DNA from: Lobosporangium transversale
Taxonomy: Eukaryota
DNA length: 64,000 bases
NCBI RefSeq assembly: GCF_002105155.1
Contig: NW_019028980.1
Location: 1,302,001-1,366,000, forward strand
Reading direction: 5' to 3'
Shown here piece after piece: positions 10,855 to 24,630 of the stretch. The position numbers were made by a program, and so were the translations under genes. Every line of letters starts with the position of its first letter. Positions within the stretch are counted from its first letter, which is position 1. The notes below the pieces were generated by a model. That model was given only the letters and a program-made list of their open reading frames with translations. It did not search any database and was not told the DNA's origin.

Positions 10855-11584
10855 AATCTATTTGACAACCCGGGTTGTCACTCTTATTTGACAACCCCCC
10901 CCCCAATTTAGCAGTCACACCGGCTTATTTGGCAACCCAAGGTCTTCAATTTTCACTTTTTTGTTATTTGACAACCCGGTTGTCAAGAAAAGAAGAAAAA
11001 TTGTCTTTTTCAACCTGTCACATGACAAGTCTTCACCCTCTTGCACTTATGGAGGGCCTTTCTCAGCTGGATTTCTAAAATGGTGGCAACACTCCATTAT
11101 CATGACTGTGGTTATAGCTTCTTCTGTCTCTCTTTTTTTCCTTTCCGCGTCTTACGCATGCGCCATCAAGCGTCGCATAACCACTCCGAATTTATGTATG
11201 CTTATATATCCAAAAACCCCTTAGTGCATGTTACCCGTATAGGCACATTTTCTATAAAGCAAACCCTTGTTTTAGAAATCAGTTGTAATAAAAAACAACA
11301 CCTCGTAACCAAAAAAAAAAGCTTGTTATTTGATGGAAGCTTTTAGATTGCTGGAGGGATTTCGTGTTGCTGAGGGATAGCAATAGAAACGATTTTCACA
11401 TAATAATCTTGCCAATAAAAAAAGGGTTGTCAAATAACAGTGAGCTTGGGGTTGTCAAATTAGATATTTTACTATTTGGCAACCCGGGTTGTCACGCAAA
11501 GAAAAAAAACTGAGAAAAATAATTAAGGGGGGGGGTTGTCAAATAAGAGTGACAACCCGGGTTGTCAAATAGATTCACCCCCTG
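10855..11584. mobile_element. Non-autonomous hAT-like MITE (~730 bp), left tip missing
   Basis: ~49-bp TIR AATCTATTTGACAACCCGGGTTGTCACTCTTATTTGACAACCCCCCCCC at 10855, inverted at ~11527-11575. The right end finishes CACCCCCTG (reverse complement CAGGGGGTG, hAT-like). Many subterminal TTTGRCAACCC motifs; no ORF. Confidence 0.85.
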
Positions 11585-11609
11585 CATGCTCTTTAAGAGA
11601 GAGACTATA

Positions 11610-11644
<35 letters not shown>

Positions 11645-12519
11645 CACAAATAAACACATACGCGTGCGTAAATTGCTTGGCTCTACTATCCTGTCTCCCT
11701 TTGCCCTTCTTCCTTGTCAATGTCATTCCTTCGTACGCATTCGATATACCAAAAAAAAAAAAAAAAAAAAAAAAAGGAAGCTGAATATCCATATTAACTT
11801 TTTATGGAATAAAAAATGATTTTTGACAAGACATCTCCAGCTTTTGTCAATGGAGCAATGTACATGTAGTCAATAAATAAATTAGGGCGTTGAGCCAGAA
11901 TCAACTCTATTTTTTTTTCTTTTTTTTTTTTTTCTTATCTTCGTATCTTTGAAAATGTGTAGTATAGTGAGCGACAAATACATGTAAATGTGATAAAGAA
12001 AGCAACCTAGCAAGCATGCTCTTAAAGGCGAGGCACATCAATTGACATGTCTGTTTATTTTTGTGTACAATATAGACTAGGAATACATTTTCTGTTGACA
12101 CATTAACACATCAAAAATGGGGAGGAGGGAGGGTTCTCACGCGGCGAAAACTATCATTCGGCGAGGGTGTTAGCATTGCACAAAACATTCAAACAAAATC
12201 GATTGTTTACGGCGGATTTTTGTGATCCCTACCAAAATAGACAAGAACGCGCTTTTGAACCGGATCTGCTCTGCTCCATGGTATACATCCTGCATTTAAA
12301 TTTTTTGACAATTGCCAAGACTTTAGACCAATCAAAAAGAAATAAAACACAAAATATGGGAACTTGAACAACTATAAATTGCCCATCGTCTTTGCCACTT
12401 TCTTTTCTTCTTCCTTCCTTCCTTTACTTCCTTCAACATCTTTTCTTTCCTCTCCTACTTTCATTCTTTTATATATATATATATATATATTTTTTCCTAG
12501 AACTCCTTTATCCTTCATC

Positions 12520-12705
12520 ATGACTATCGAGGTCCCTGAAACCAAGTATGACTACAAGAACTATACTCAAGGCCCCATTGCCTACCCTGTGCAAAAGCGA
12601 TCCCAAAGAATCGACATTGGTGATGGGCTTGTCATGCGTTGGTCGACTCGCGAAGATGCGGACAATGTTGCTGATTGCATGGCCGAGGCTTTTCGCGTAA
12701 TATTC

Positions 12706-12737
<32 letters not shown>

Positions 12738-12925
12738 TACTTTTTTTTTTAAAAATGACTAAATATTTTATCTTTATCATTTAATTTTTTTTTTTTTTTT
12801 TTTTTTTTTTTGGCAGTGGATGCCAGGAGCTGAAATTGTCAAGGAAGATGAGCGGCCTGGTCCTCATGCTATTGTCCATGCGGCCATGGTAAGTCTTTTT
12901 TTTTTTCTCATCTTTTTATTATTGC

Positions 12926-12956
<31 letters not shown>

Positions 12957-14601
12957 CAAAAATTAATTAATAATTTGCGCTGCACTTAACAGAAACGACT
13001 GCTGCACGGCAATCATGGCGTGATGACAGAATTCGATTACGCTCTCGTAGAGAACACTCTAGCCAAAGAAGGTGAAAACCCTATTGTGGCCTGTATCTGT
13101 CTCCATGCTTGTAGTGGATACTATGGCAAGGTCCGTCTGGTCTATGGCAAACCAGAATGTGTTGGTACCCTTCCAGGTAAATATATTTATAAAAAAAAAT
13201 AAAATAAAATAGATCGTACCTGCCACATTCTTCCAACTCATATCCTTCTACTATTGATCCCATGTCCTCATAGAATACCGTAACAGGGGCTTAATCCGTC
13301 GACTGTTCCATGAAATGATCCACCCAGCTTCCGATAGCCGTGGCGATCTTATCCAGATCCTTCCTGGGATCCCTCACTTCTATCTCCAATTCGGATACGA
13401 ATACGCATGCCGTGATCGAACCCCTCTCATAATTGAGACTCCTCTAACGGTCCTCCCCGACCTCGATCCAACTTCTAAAAAAGGACAAAACGGTGATCTT
13501 GTCCCAGATGAAACTCTCTTTGCGCTTCGAGCCCCTACTTTGGACGACATCCCTTATCTGGTCAAGATGAGTACGCCTGAACGGCTATTGAATCAAGCAA
13601 AAATCGGCTTGATCTATGATGAAGCTTACTGGAAATACACAGCCTTTGAATGCTGGCGGACCCAATCCTGCAAGTATGACACTCCTCGAACCACCAGGAT
13701 CATCGTTGATCCAAAGACCGGTCGTGATTGTGGTATTGCCACCATCAATGTTCGGAAAATCCCTGTGCTTCATATCTTTACACTTGAGGAAGGGTATCAA
13801 TACCGGGATGCACTCTACCCTGTCTTGCGTCAATTAATCCATATCATTAGTCAGCCCACTCCCTGGGAACTGAAGCAACAGCAACAGCAACAGAAAGAAA
13901 AGCAAGCTGATGAAAAACAAGAGCAAAACAAGCAAGACAATAAAAAGGAGGCAGCGGTAGAAAATGTTGAAGCCAAAGAGGACAACAAGCCAAACTCTCC
14001 GGCGCCGGCCCAGAGCGAGAAAAAGATTCAGACACTCGGCATTGCTTTGGATTACCAACATCCAATCGCTCAACTTCTCGAAAGTAAATCCAAGCTTAGT
14101 TCATTCGAGCTTCGGTTCTACACTCGCATTTTCTCTTATGCAAAGTTCATCCTTAAAGTGGCTCCGGAACTCGAAGATCGTCTGGCCAAGTCTTGTCTCG
14201 CAGGCATTACTGTCACTTGGCAATTCGATTTCTTTCGTAAAGTCGTCGGCTCTGCAGGGCGTGGACTCGAGATCGTCTTCAAAGAGGGCAAGATCGTCTC
14301 TGCTACAGATGACTATGTCCCCCTCTCAAATGATGCCAAAATGCTTGCGGCTCGCAAGAGAATCGCTCTGGCGAAAGCAGAAGGTCGACCTGACAAGAAG
14401 CCTTTGATCTTCTCGGCAGAATTTGCGCCCCTTTCGTTCACAAAGCTGCTAGTCGGTGAGAAGAGCCTTGAGCAGATGTTGGAGCATTATGCGGAAGCTT
14501 CCGTTTCTGACCCGGACGAAGGCACAGGACATGAAGCAAAAATGATGCTTAACATTTTGTTCCCAAAGCAGCAGTTTCACATGGACACGTTCTGGTGGTA
14601 A
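12520..14601 (+). CDS. GNAT-family N-acetyltransferase, Eis-like/bacterial-type architecture
   Basis: Exons 12520-12696, 12817-12888, 12993-13176 and 13274-14601 join in frame. Acetyl-CoA motif VGTLPEYRNRGLIRRLF and GIPHFYLQFGYEYA. Confidence 0.85.
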
Positions 14602-15122
14602 CATCTTTCACATCGACAGTCATAGCCCCTTCCGTGCTAGCAAATTTTTCTTTGTCTTTATTTTTTTTTTTTTTTTTTTTTTTTTTACATTCCTATTATA
14701 ACTATTATGTTGACAAACTAGTATGCTAGTGTGGTGCAGATAATGCAGATGTTATTTTTTTTTTTCCGAAAAGTACGATGATGGTCAATGATAAATGTGA
14801 ATGAGAAAAAGAGAAAAATAAAAAATAAAAAAGGAAAAAGGAAAAAGGAAAAAAAAAAAAAAAAAAAGAATTGAAAGAATTGAAAGACAAGAATGAAAAG
14901 GAAAAGAATGCAAAAAGATAAATAAATGCATCATGAATAAAAGTAAGAAAAGTAGGATAGGATTTCGGTAGGAGGATGATAAAAGAAAAGAAAAGGGTAT
15001 AAAACACTGACAACCTGCCATACCATTCTCGTTTCTCGTGGTCTTGGAAGGATCGGTAGTTCTGCATTGGATATGGGTATGATCGGGTATGAAGGATAGG
15101 AACGACTTTTTTTGTTTTGTTT

Positions 15123-15159
<37 letters not shown>

Positions 15160-15196
15160 AGCAGGCGCCATGATTAAAAAACAGACATCAATCTAT

Positions 15197-18100
15197 TCAC
15201 ATTTGTTGAGGATCAACTGGCATTGGACCATAACCTAGATCGGCACCCATCTGGGGCGCAATATTTGTTACATTTAAGCCAGGAGCTGGAATACCACCGC
15301 TAACTGCGAGCTGGTCGTTCGCCATAAAGTACAAATTGCCTCCCGTGTTATTGTCTTGCATCATTGCCATGTTGACCCTCTGCGTATCATTGGTAGTCAT
15401 CGTCAATGTCGAAAGCATGGCGGGAGTTGGATGAGACATGGAAATACCCGTAACAGGCATTCTCACATTGAGGGGCAGTGACATACCAACTGGTACTGCT
15501 GTTGGTGTAGGGCTTCTCAAAGATACCGTAGGAGCAATCCCCGTCTGGAACCCTGGCGATCCTGAAGGCGTCAATGGCTGTACGCCACCATCTGCTGATG
15601 ATACGGCCACAAGCCCATTGGGCTGAGGCTGATAAACGGATTCGATCATCACTACGCCACTATCTGCCGACATGGGACCATTGCTCATCATCATGGATAA
15701 TGTTGGAACTGAGGATGACGATGAATGAGTAGAGAGTGCGGGTGTCAAAAGCGCAGTGTTGAACCCTGTCATAGAGGACTTGAACAATGTGGCATCACTA
15801 GCACTTGTCATAGCTATTGAGGCGGATGGGCTTGTGCCTGGAGGCATCGTGCCAATACCGTTAATAGGGGAGCCCCCGATAGTTAACGAGTCTGGTGCCA
15901 CCGTAAGATGCGATTGCATCGGAAATGTTGGTGTGGGTAGGGCTGGCACTGCAGGAATCACTGATGCTGTAGAAGCTGATGCGGCTGATGTTCCCACAAT
16001 AGCTGTGGCAGCTGCTGCGGCAATTGCAGCGCTCTGACTCTGATTGCGTCTGTGTTTAGATCTTCCAGACCCCGCCGTGTAATCAGGATGGTATGGATGG
16101 CTGTAGTGCGCACGATGCTGCTGTGAACTAGTCGATGCCGATCCAGTATCACTGACTTTATCAGATGATGAGGTCGAAGCAGCCCCATGTGTGGCTCCCG
16201 ATCCGCGCAGAACTCCTCCACCTTGCTTAGACTCGTGGGCAAGCTCATGCTTCTTAAGAGATCTAGCGTGGTAATACGCCTTAGGACATCCCTCGACAGC
16301 ACAAATGTAAGGCCGAACATTAGAATGTGTCTTAGTATGTGTGGTTAACGAGTCTGGTCGAGAAAACTTTTTATCGCAACCTAGAAGCCAAAATAGAGTG
16401 CATATCATAAAATCAGAATAAGAAAATAAAATAAAAAGAAATGACAGTGCTCGACATTCAAAGATCCCTTACCTGGCACAAGACACTTGAAAGGTCGCTC
16501 GCCAGTATGGGTCCGCAGGTGGTTATACATTTTATGTCGTTTAGTGAATGGTTTCATCATCCTAGGACATCCTTGCCAATCACAGCTATAGCAAGCTTTG
16601 CCACTGCCAATATGCGTCTCTGCAACATGGACGTTCAACTCGACCATAGACTCGAACGGCGTGTTACAGTCCCTCCACAAACAGACCAGCTGCTGTGGCG
16701 TCTCGGAGTCTTCTGCGCCATTCGTATCTATTGAGCCTTTGCTTGACTTTACTGGCGGTTCTTCACCATCTTCGCCCTCATTTTCGTCATCTTCCAGGTC
16801 ATCCTCGTTTTCTTCGTCATCATCATCCCCATCATCGTCTTCATCGTTATTAGACGCAACAACTGCATGAAGGTTTGTAGGCGATTTGACAGCATAGGAT
16901 GATATGGTTGGAGAAGCCAGTTCTTTCTTCAGTCCTTCATCTTCTGTATTGGCTTGCATGGTGAGAGTTGGAGGCGAATTGGCAGGTGAAGGCGGTGACA
17001 GTGAAGATAACTGAGGACTTTCCTGCTTCTGTTGTGGCTCCTCTGTCTGAGCCTCTGATACTGACGATCCAGCTGAAGAGGATAAAGCTAAAAACAGTGG
17101 CTTAAAGGTTAGTTAACACGATCTAATATCAAATTAACAGACATTCACTTATTTGAAATCTAAATAAACGTGCACTACCAACTCTTACATTTCTCGTGCA
17201 TAAGCTCATCAGTTGACTCTTGCTTAATGGTGCTCATCCTTCGCAGAGGAATTGAACCTTCCAACTGCATTACCTTCTCAATAAGTTCCTGCTTCGTCAA
17301 CTCTTGCAGTTCGTCTCGCGTAGAAGGCTTCTCCAACTCTAACGGCTCCATCTTGGCTTCCTTGACGTCGTTCAGATTTTGAAGTTTGAATGTGGACGAG
17401 ACCTCCATAATGGTATCGACGAGCGAGTTATTGACGGGTCCTAAGATAGGTGAAGGCGCCGAAAGCGGCCCTGGGGAGTACGCATGACCGGGCTCTGCAG
17501 GAGATCCGAGGGTAGAGAGTGGCATTGCGCGTGCTTGAATCTCAGAAACGTTGATTTTTAACCCTGCTGCTGCCGCTGCTCTCGGGGAACGACTCTGGTG
17601 TGGTTCTACCCGGTGCAAACTATTAAACAGTGCTTGCTCCTTGGCTGCCATCATTTGCTGTTGTTGTTGCTGGAAATCTTGCTTTTGAAGCTGAATCCTT
17701 AACTCTGGCGAATGTTGGCCAGACGATGGATGACGACGGTGACGCTTCAATGCGTCTGTACTGTTAGGCAGGGCTGTTTCAGGCGGTGTGAATGCCGGAG
17801 AAGTGTTGACACTAGAAGGATGAGATGCTGCGGGTTGCATCGAGGGTACCAATGGCATGAATGAGCCCATGGATTCTGTACTAGACAGCGGCGTTGGATA
17901 AGGCATACTGGCTGTTGTTACGGCTGCAACAGAATGAGGTATCTGTTGGACTGTAAACCCTGTTGTATCCATTTCTCGACCTGGCTGCGGTATATTTGCC
18001 TGCAGAGGTCGTCCTTGAATATCTTGATTCAAACCTATACCCGTAGTCATAGCTTCCATTTCCTGAGCAACTGAGCTCATCATTTGAGGAGCTGCCATGA

Positions 18101-18231
18101 TCATCATGCTTTGGCCAATAGGCATCATAATGGGTCCCATGGTAGCTTCTACTGGACTGACGAGCGCTTGCTGAGAAGATGCAATGGCCACGGCTGCTAT
18201 CATGTCTTGTTGCTGCTGTTGCCGTTGTTGC

Positions 18232-18268
<37 letters not shown>

Positions 18269-18822
18269 GCTGTAGCTGCTGCTGTTGTTGTTGAATCTGA
18301 GCATTAAGCGCATGCAATTCCATGGTCGCCTGATTCGCGCCATCAAATGAAGACTGATGACGATGTATTACACGTGGCTGATTTGATGACTGTTGAGAGG
18401 CAATTACGGGCGTATGTGAACGAGATTGTGCGTTGATCTGTTCCTGGATTAACATTGCATTTTGCATCGACATCTCCGAGACCGAGACCGATACCGGCAT
18501 ACTTGTCGCTATGATATGTTGTACATGCTGTTGTTGCTGTTGGATCTGTTGCTGAAGGAGCTGCTGTTGCTGCTGCTGTTGTTGATGCAGTTGCTGTATC
18601 TGCTCCTGCTGCTGTTGCTGAAGTTGCTGTATCTGCTCCTGCTGCTGCTGCTGAAGCTGTTGGACTTGCTCGTGTTGCTGAAGTTGATGGACTTGCTCAT
18701 GTTGTTGAAGTTGATGGACTTGCTCATGTTGCTGAAGTTGATGGATTTGCTCATGTTGCTGAAGTTGATGGATTTGCTCATGCTGTTGTTGCTGTTGTTG
18801 TTGTTGTTGTTGCTGCTGCTGC

Positions 18823-18856
<34 letters not shown>

Positions 18857-19664
18857 GCTCCTGTTGCCGCTGCTGTTGCTGCTGCTGTTGTTGTTGTTGC
18901 TGATGTAAATGCTCTGTCTCTAGCATCTGTAAATGCATATTTTGTGACTCGGCTGCTTGTTGAAACGACATTGGTGTCAACACCGATATTGGCTGTGACT
19001 CTGCAGAGAGTATTGAAGGACTCACGAGTAGCAATTGTTGTTGTGCGGCAGGAGGGCTCATGGGTAGCGAAGACAGTAACGGAGCTTGAAAATCATGTGC
19101 GGGCATTGCTACAGTTGTTTGGAGCGAGAGATGTGGCTGCTCCATCATCTGCTGTATCTGTTGTTGCTGATGCTGTTGGTGCTGTTCAAACTGCTGTTGC
19201 TGTTCGAACTGTTGTTGCTGTTCGAACTGTTGATGCATTAATTGTTGTTGCTGCTGCATTAATTGTTGTTGTTGATGTTGCTGTTGTTGTTGCTGTTGTT
19301 GTTGTTGTTGAGTAGTTGGTACAGCCACAAAGTGGTGGGCTGGATGTGAGGCAGTGCTTGATTGAACTACCCCTTCCATCGGGAAGGATGTAGAAATGAT
19401 TTGTCCTTCAGGTCCAAAGACATGGCTGGGATGCTGAAGAGGAGCTCCGTTCATTAAAATAGGCTGATTATTATTGCTCTGTTGGAGTTGCTGTGGATCA
19501 TGAGTGTCGTTCAAAGGTGCAGCAAACCCTTCTCGAAGGGGAGCAATGTGTCCATTGTTTAATGTGTTGCTATGTAGAAGAATATGGTCACTACTCTCCT
19601 TGATGCTGTTGCTGACGAGCGTCTGATCATTAGGGGCCGAGGAAAAGCCTGAAATGTGGGTCAT
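15197..19664 (-). CDS. C2H2 zinc-finger transcription factor (4 fingers, tandem CWCH2 type as in Gli/Zic/Zap1/PacC) with poly-Q N-terminus
   Basis: Exons 19664-17189, 17087-16473 and 16380-15197. Fingers CLWRDC..H..H, CDWQGC..HLRTH-TGERPF, CLVPGC..HTKTH and CAVEGC..HELAH. Confidence 0.9.
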
Positions 19665-20149
19665 TGGGCCGCTTATGTAAAGTCAAGAAAACTATGAAGA
19701 TGATAGGAGGCGGAGTGAGGATGGTGTATAAATGTGAGTAGTTAGACCTTGGGTGAATGGAGCGGATATCGAACTGCAAGTACATAATAAAGATTATGAA
19801 AAAATAGGTAAGAGATGAGTACACAAGTAAATAACCAGTCAATCAGTAGATGGGCACCAATGAAATTAGTAGTGCAGTGCACAAGTGAGTAAAGCGGAGA
19901 GCCAACCAAAAAGAAAAGATTCGAAAAGATAAAACAGCAAAGGTATTTCGAGAGGAAATAAAAAATGAAGGGAGTGACATGTCCATGAGCATGAACAAGA
20001 ATAAGAATGTAAAAGTAAATGAAGAAAGAGACAAAAAATTCATTGACCTCATTCATTGACTAAGAGGACGAAGCCAATGGTGGGAGCTAATTTGTGCGTT
20101 TGTCTCCGAATGTCTGTGCAAGATTTTTCTGGCCTATTTCTGGCGGCAG

Positions 20150-20189
<40 letters not shown>

Positions 20190-23100
20190 AAGAAGAACAA
20201 CTGGATTGGTTCCGCTTCTGTAACACTGCGTCCACAAGGACAAACACGTCGCTTCTGTGTGGCCTCACCTCTCTTTTGTCTATTCTGTGCCATGAGCAAA
20301 AGTAAAAAAACAACTCGTTCATCAATCTGTTTATCTGCAGCCCATCATCAATGACTGATGTAATCTTCCTATTATATAAGACACAAGCGTTTGATTTTTT
20401 TTTTTCTTTCGCTTTCACTCTTGTTCAAGCAAGTGCTAGCTTTGTTTGGCTATGGGACTGTACAGAGTTGTGCAAAGTAGTGCCTTTCAATATGGGGCTT
20501 TCGCAGAACAGAGTTAAGGGTTCACAAGATTGTGCTCTATTCATGAGCAACAAGAAACTTGGCAGAATCCACATAAGAACAAGCTCATATAAAACTTCTT
20601 TTGCGGCTACTTGTTCAGCTTCTCTATGAGCATAGATAGTACACACCACATCACACCATACAAAAGAAATCGCACCGCTTCCAAGAAGGTCAAAGACAGG
20701 CAGATAGAGATGGTTTGGGTTGTACAAGAGTTGGTCTTACTATGCTTATGTATATGTGAGAAGCCAGCAAGTGAAAAATGAGGAAGAAGAATATTTTTTT
20801 TATATTAAAATATAAAAAAAAAAAAAAAAAAAAAAAAAGTTGCTAGTTCTCTGTGGAAGACAAGAATCGAGATGGTTAAAAACAAATGTGGTTGTTGAAT
20901 TGAGTGTGCGAGTGAGTAAGTGAGTGTAGTGAGTGAATGAAAGAATGAGCAAGTGAGCAAATGAGTGAGAGAAGGGTGCACAAAGAAAAAGGCAGGGCAA
21001 CGATCAACCGTGCCCAATATTCAAAAAATAAAATAAAAAAAAACTTTGTCAAAAGACAAAAGACTCAGGGGAAAGGGATGTAAGGATGCCCTTCTGTCTG
21101 ACACCTTTTCACGACTCTTGTCTTTCTCTCTTTCTTTTTATGCAGACTGATTCTCGTGGAAACAAGTGCTTCTCATCAAGACGATAGCATGCCTTGGAAT
21201 TTCAGGAGTCCAAGGGCAAAGGATTAAGACACTGAATGGATGCTACACAAGACACAAAGCTAGCGAGAAGGTGGATACTGCAAAAGAATTCTCGTGGCAG
21301 AAGTTTGTGTCAATCGGCGCATGCATCCCACCGAATATTTGAATTCATGACTCCTTTCCACACCCTTCACCCTTCTCCTCTCAAAAATTGGAATGCAGTG
21401 TGAAAAAGAAAAAGAAAAAAAAAAAAAAAAAAAAAAAAAGGCCGTTTTGTATCCTACCTTTTGGTCTTTTATTCCTTTGTCAAAACTGTCCTTTGGTTGA
21501 CACGGGTTTTGGATACTCTTGTCGCGATTGTCCACGCTTATGGAGCAGGTCTAGTCAACACAAACGAGACTCACAATCACTTTCACCTGTCTAGAATTTG
21601 TAAGATTGATAGAAAGCATTAACAAGAAGAAAGAAAAAGAAAGAAAAAGAAAGAAAAAGAAAGAAAAAGAAAAAAAAAAAAAAAAAAAAAAAAGTCAGTA
21701 AAGTGTATTCTTAACATTAGAGCAGTTGAATGATTTGACTTTTGCAGTTTGTTCCCTACAGACACCCCCCAATGTGTCTTTGATCTTCAACAGAACATCC
21801 ATGGAGAGTGATAAGCTTTTTTCCACTTTATTGGCAACGCCACACAAAATAAAGAACAACGAGAATAAAATTGAGAAAATCACAAGACAAGAGCTTCCCA
21901 AACATTCACCCCCCTTCCCCTTCCTTTCCTCTTGCGAATGACGCATTTTTTTGGGGGGGAGGAAATTGGGGGTTGGACAAGCAAGCCAGAAAAAGTGTTG
22001 CATTGGTTGGTGGCGAATGTATCAATGATAGAGGATTAGGTACTGAAAGGAGAGTACGAATGTGTGAAAGTAAAGATGATCCGAGAAAGGATAACATCCC
22101 AGGTTTCGTAAGAAGCCTATTCAATCAATCCCTTCACCGTCGAGTTTACTCATCTTTTTTAGAAATCGTCAGTATTCTTGCTTTTCTTTTTTTTTTTTTT
22201 TTTTTTTTTTTCTTCCGCAACGAACACAAGGAAGATAACAACCAACGGTTTTTTAATAAAAAGATTGGGTTATTTTATCAGAGGCGCGTTCTTTTTTTTT
22301 TTTTTTTTTTCTTAAAAAAAAAAAGAGAAAAGAGGGATAAGCTAGTAGGTTGTCTAGGAAAGTTGCGCGTGTGAAATTGATAGAGCGGCATATTGTTGTG
22401 TTGTGTGTGTGATAGATGTGCATGTGCGCGTATTGGTGCTGGATATTGAATTGAAATAAAGTGTACATACTATAGGCGTATAGTAAGATGTTGGAAATGT
22501 GTTAAGCGTGTCTGGGTTAAGCGTGTGGATATGAGTATAGATGTGGATGTGGATGTGGATGTGTGTGTGTGTTTAGGGTGCAGGTGGAAAATGGAGCTAA
22601 CGTCAAAGGACTGACTCCGTTTCGGTAACTGACTCAGGCACAACTCAGGTACAAGTGTTTTCTAGTAAATTCGTCTATAGGATAATATTTTACCAGTGGT
22701 AAGAAAAAAAGAAAAGGTGTTGTATAAAAAAAAAAAAAAAAAAAAAAAAAAGGGTAAAGGTTACTTTTTTTTTTTTTCTTTTTTTTCTCAGGTGTTGTTG
22801 TGCAAGTGTAAGAGAGAGATGTGTGTGGATGAGAGTATTGTTGCTGGACAACGAAACGAACAAGAGACAAAGGAAGCAGATGTGGAGTGTAGGTCAAAGG
22901 AGGAGAACAAAAGGGAAAAGAGGAAAAGAAAGAGAGAAAGAAAGAGAAAGAGAGAGAGAGCGAAATATAATACGAAAGAAAGGAAAGCTCAATAAGAAAA
23001 AAGAAAAAAAGAAAAAAAAAGTTAAATTCATTCGCTATTTCATAGTATAGTATTCCTATTCAAAAGCATATATTATTGAATAGTCACTTGTCATTGTATA

Positions 23101-24596
23101 TTTGTATTTATGAGGATTTGACAAATGGTATAAAAGGTGGGCTTGAAAAGCAAAAAAGAAAATAAAAAATAAAAAGAGTAAATAAAATTTGTCTGTGGTC
23201 ATGATGATTTGTATTATGATACGATAGACTGTGTATACATATATTTTGATGAACTGAATCAATTTATTGATTTAACCTTCGATCAACATCGTGGCACATG
23301 TACCCAATTTAAACAACAGCCTATTTTATTCTACTCTTCGACAATACAAGTTTTTTTAGTCGTCAAATATCTAGTCCGTGCTATGGCAGACGCGTTTTAA
23401 TTGAGTGCTAAAGTGCTATGCACGATCTACATTTCATCCCTTTCGTCCTTCTTCTTCCCATAAATGCAAGATATTCCTCCATCCCCCAGCGGATTCTTCA
23501 GAATTTAGCCAATGAACACAAGAAAAAAAAAAAAAAAAAAAAGGAGAATGCACGAACATGCACATGTACAGCTTTCTTCCTTCGGTACACCAGGAATATC
23601 CGCGCTCAGTTCCCTTTTTACAAAAAAGAGAAAACGCTGTTGCACCAGTTTTCTATCGAAAAAAATGTACTTTTCTCACCTCCCTTTTCCTTTTCCTTTT
23701 CCTTTTTTTTCCTCATTCTTTCTTCAGGAGAATGTCTGGTCCCGCTACGGAAGTTTAGCCGACATTGACAAAGGAACAGTGCCTTGTTTATCTTTTTCTG
23801 GTTCTTCTCTCTTTCCTCCCAATTGTTTTGAATACTTTCTACAAGTAATTTTTTTTTCTTTGTTTTTTTTTTGTTTCCTTACCATCTTTCACGCAATGTT
23901 CCACGTAATCCTCGTAATGTTTGCTTGACACAATAGTTGCGGCGCAGGCCTACAACCGTCAGAGGACGGATACACAAAGAGCAGGTATCTTAGCCTTGTC
24001 ATCTTGGGAAATGCCCTATTGGTCTTTTTTTTTTTTTCTTTTTCTTTTTCTTTTCTTTTCTTTTCTTTTTTCATGCGGCAAAGAAGCATGACTCCTTTTA
24101 TTTCGGGCCAGCTAGATCTATAAGCTATTATTACCTCCTGCATGGCTGTTCAAGCTCATGAGATTGCACGTAAAGCCAAGTCTGCCTTTTTTTTTTTTTT
24201 TTTATACATCTTCATTCTACTCAATTTCTGTCCTTTTTCCTTTCTTCATAAATTATAATATAAAAAAAAAAAAAAAAAAAAAAAAAAGAATGTGGGAGAG
24301 ATGATGATGCATTGATGCATTGAGACGTCCAGAAAAAGAAGCTGACCTCATTTTCGAGCTATCGTCAAAATCCCCGTGCTCAGCTCTACTGATACTGTAG
24401 TATCTAGAAAACCATTTGCTACAGAAAACACATTAGAAAATCCCAATGAACCAACCAGAAGAGCGAATGGGCAAGCACACGAAGTTGGCTAACGTGCGCG
24501 CCAAAAAAATTAATGATCCCATTTCTGTATGTTTGCCCTCACTTTCCTCCCATTGAAGCCTTGAATGCTTTCTCTTTCATTCAACTATTTACAATA

Positions 24597-24630
<34 letters not shown>

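Noticed and set aside
18084..19315. Poly-Leu/Val ORFs on the + strand (also 35880-36135)
   Set aside because: Antisense shadows of poly-Q coding sequence.
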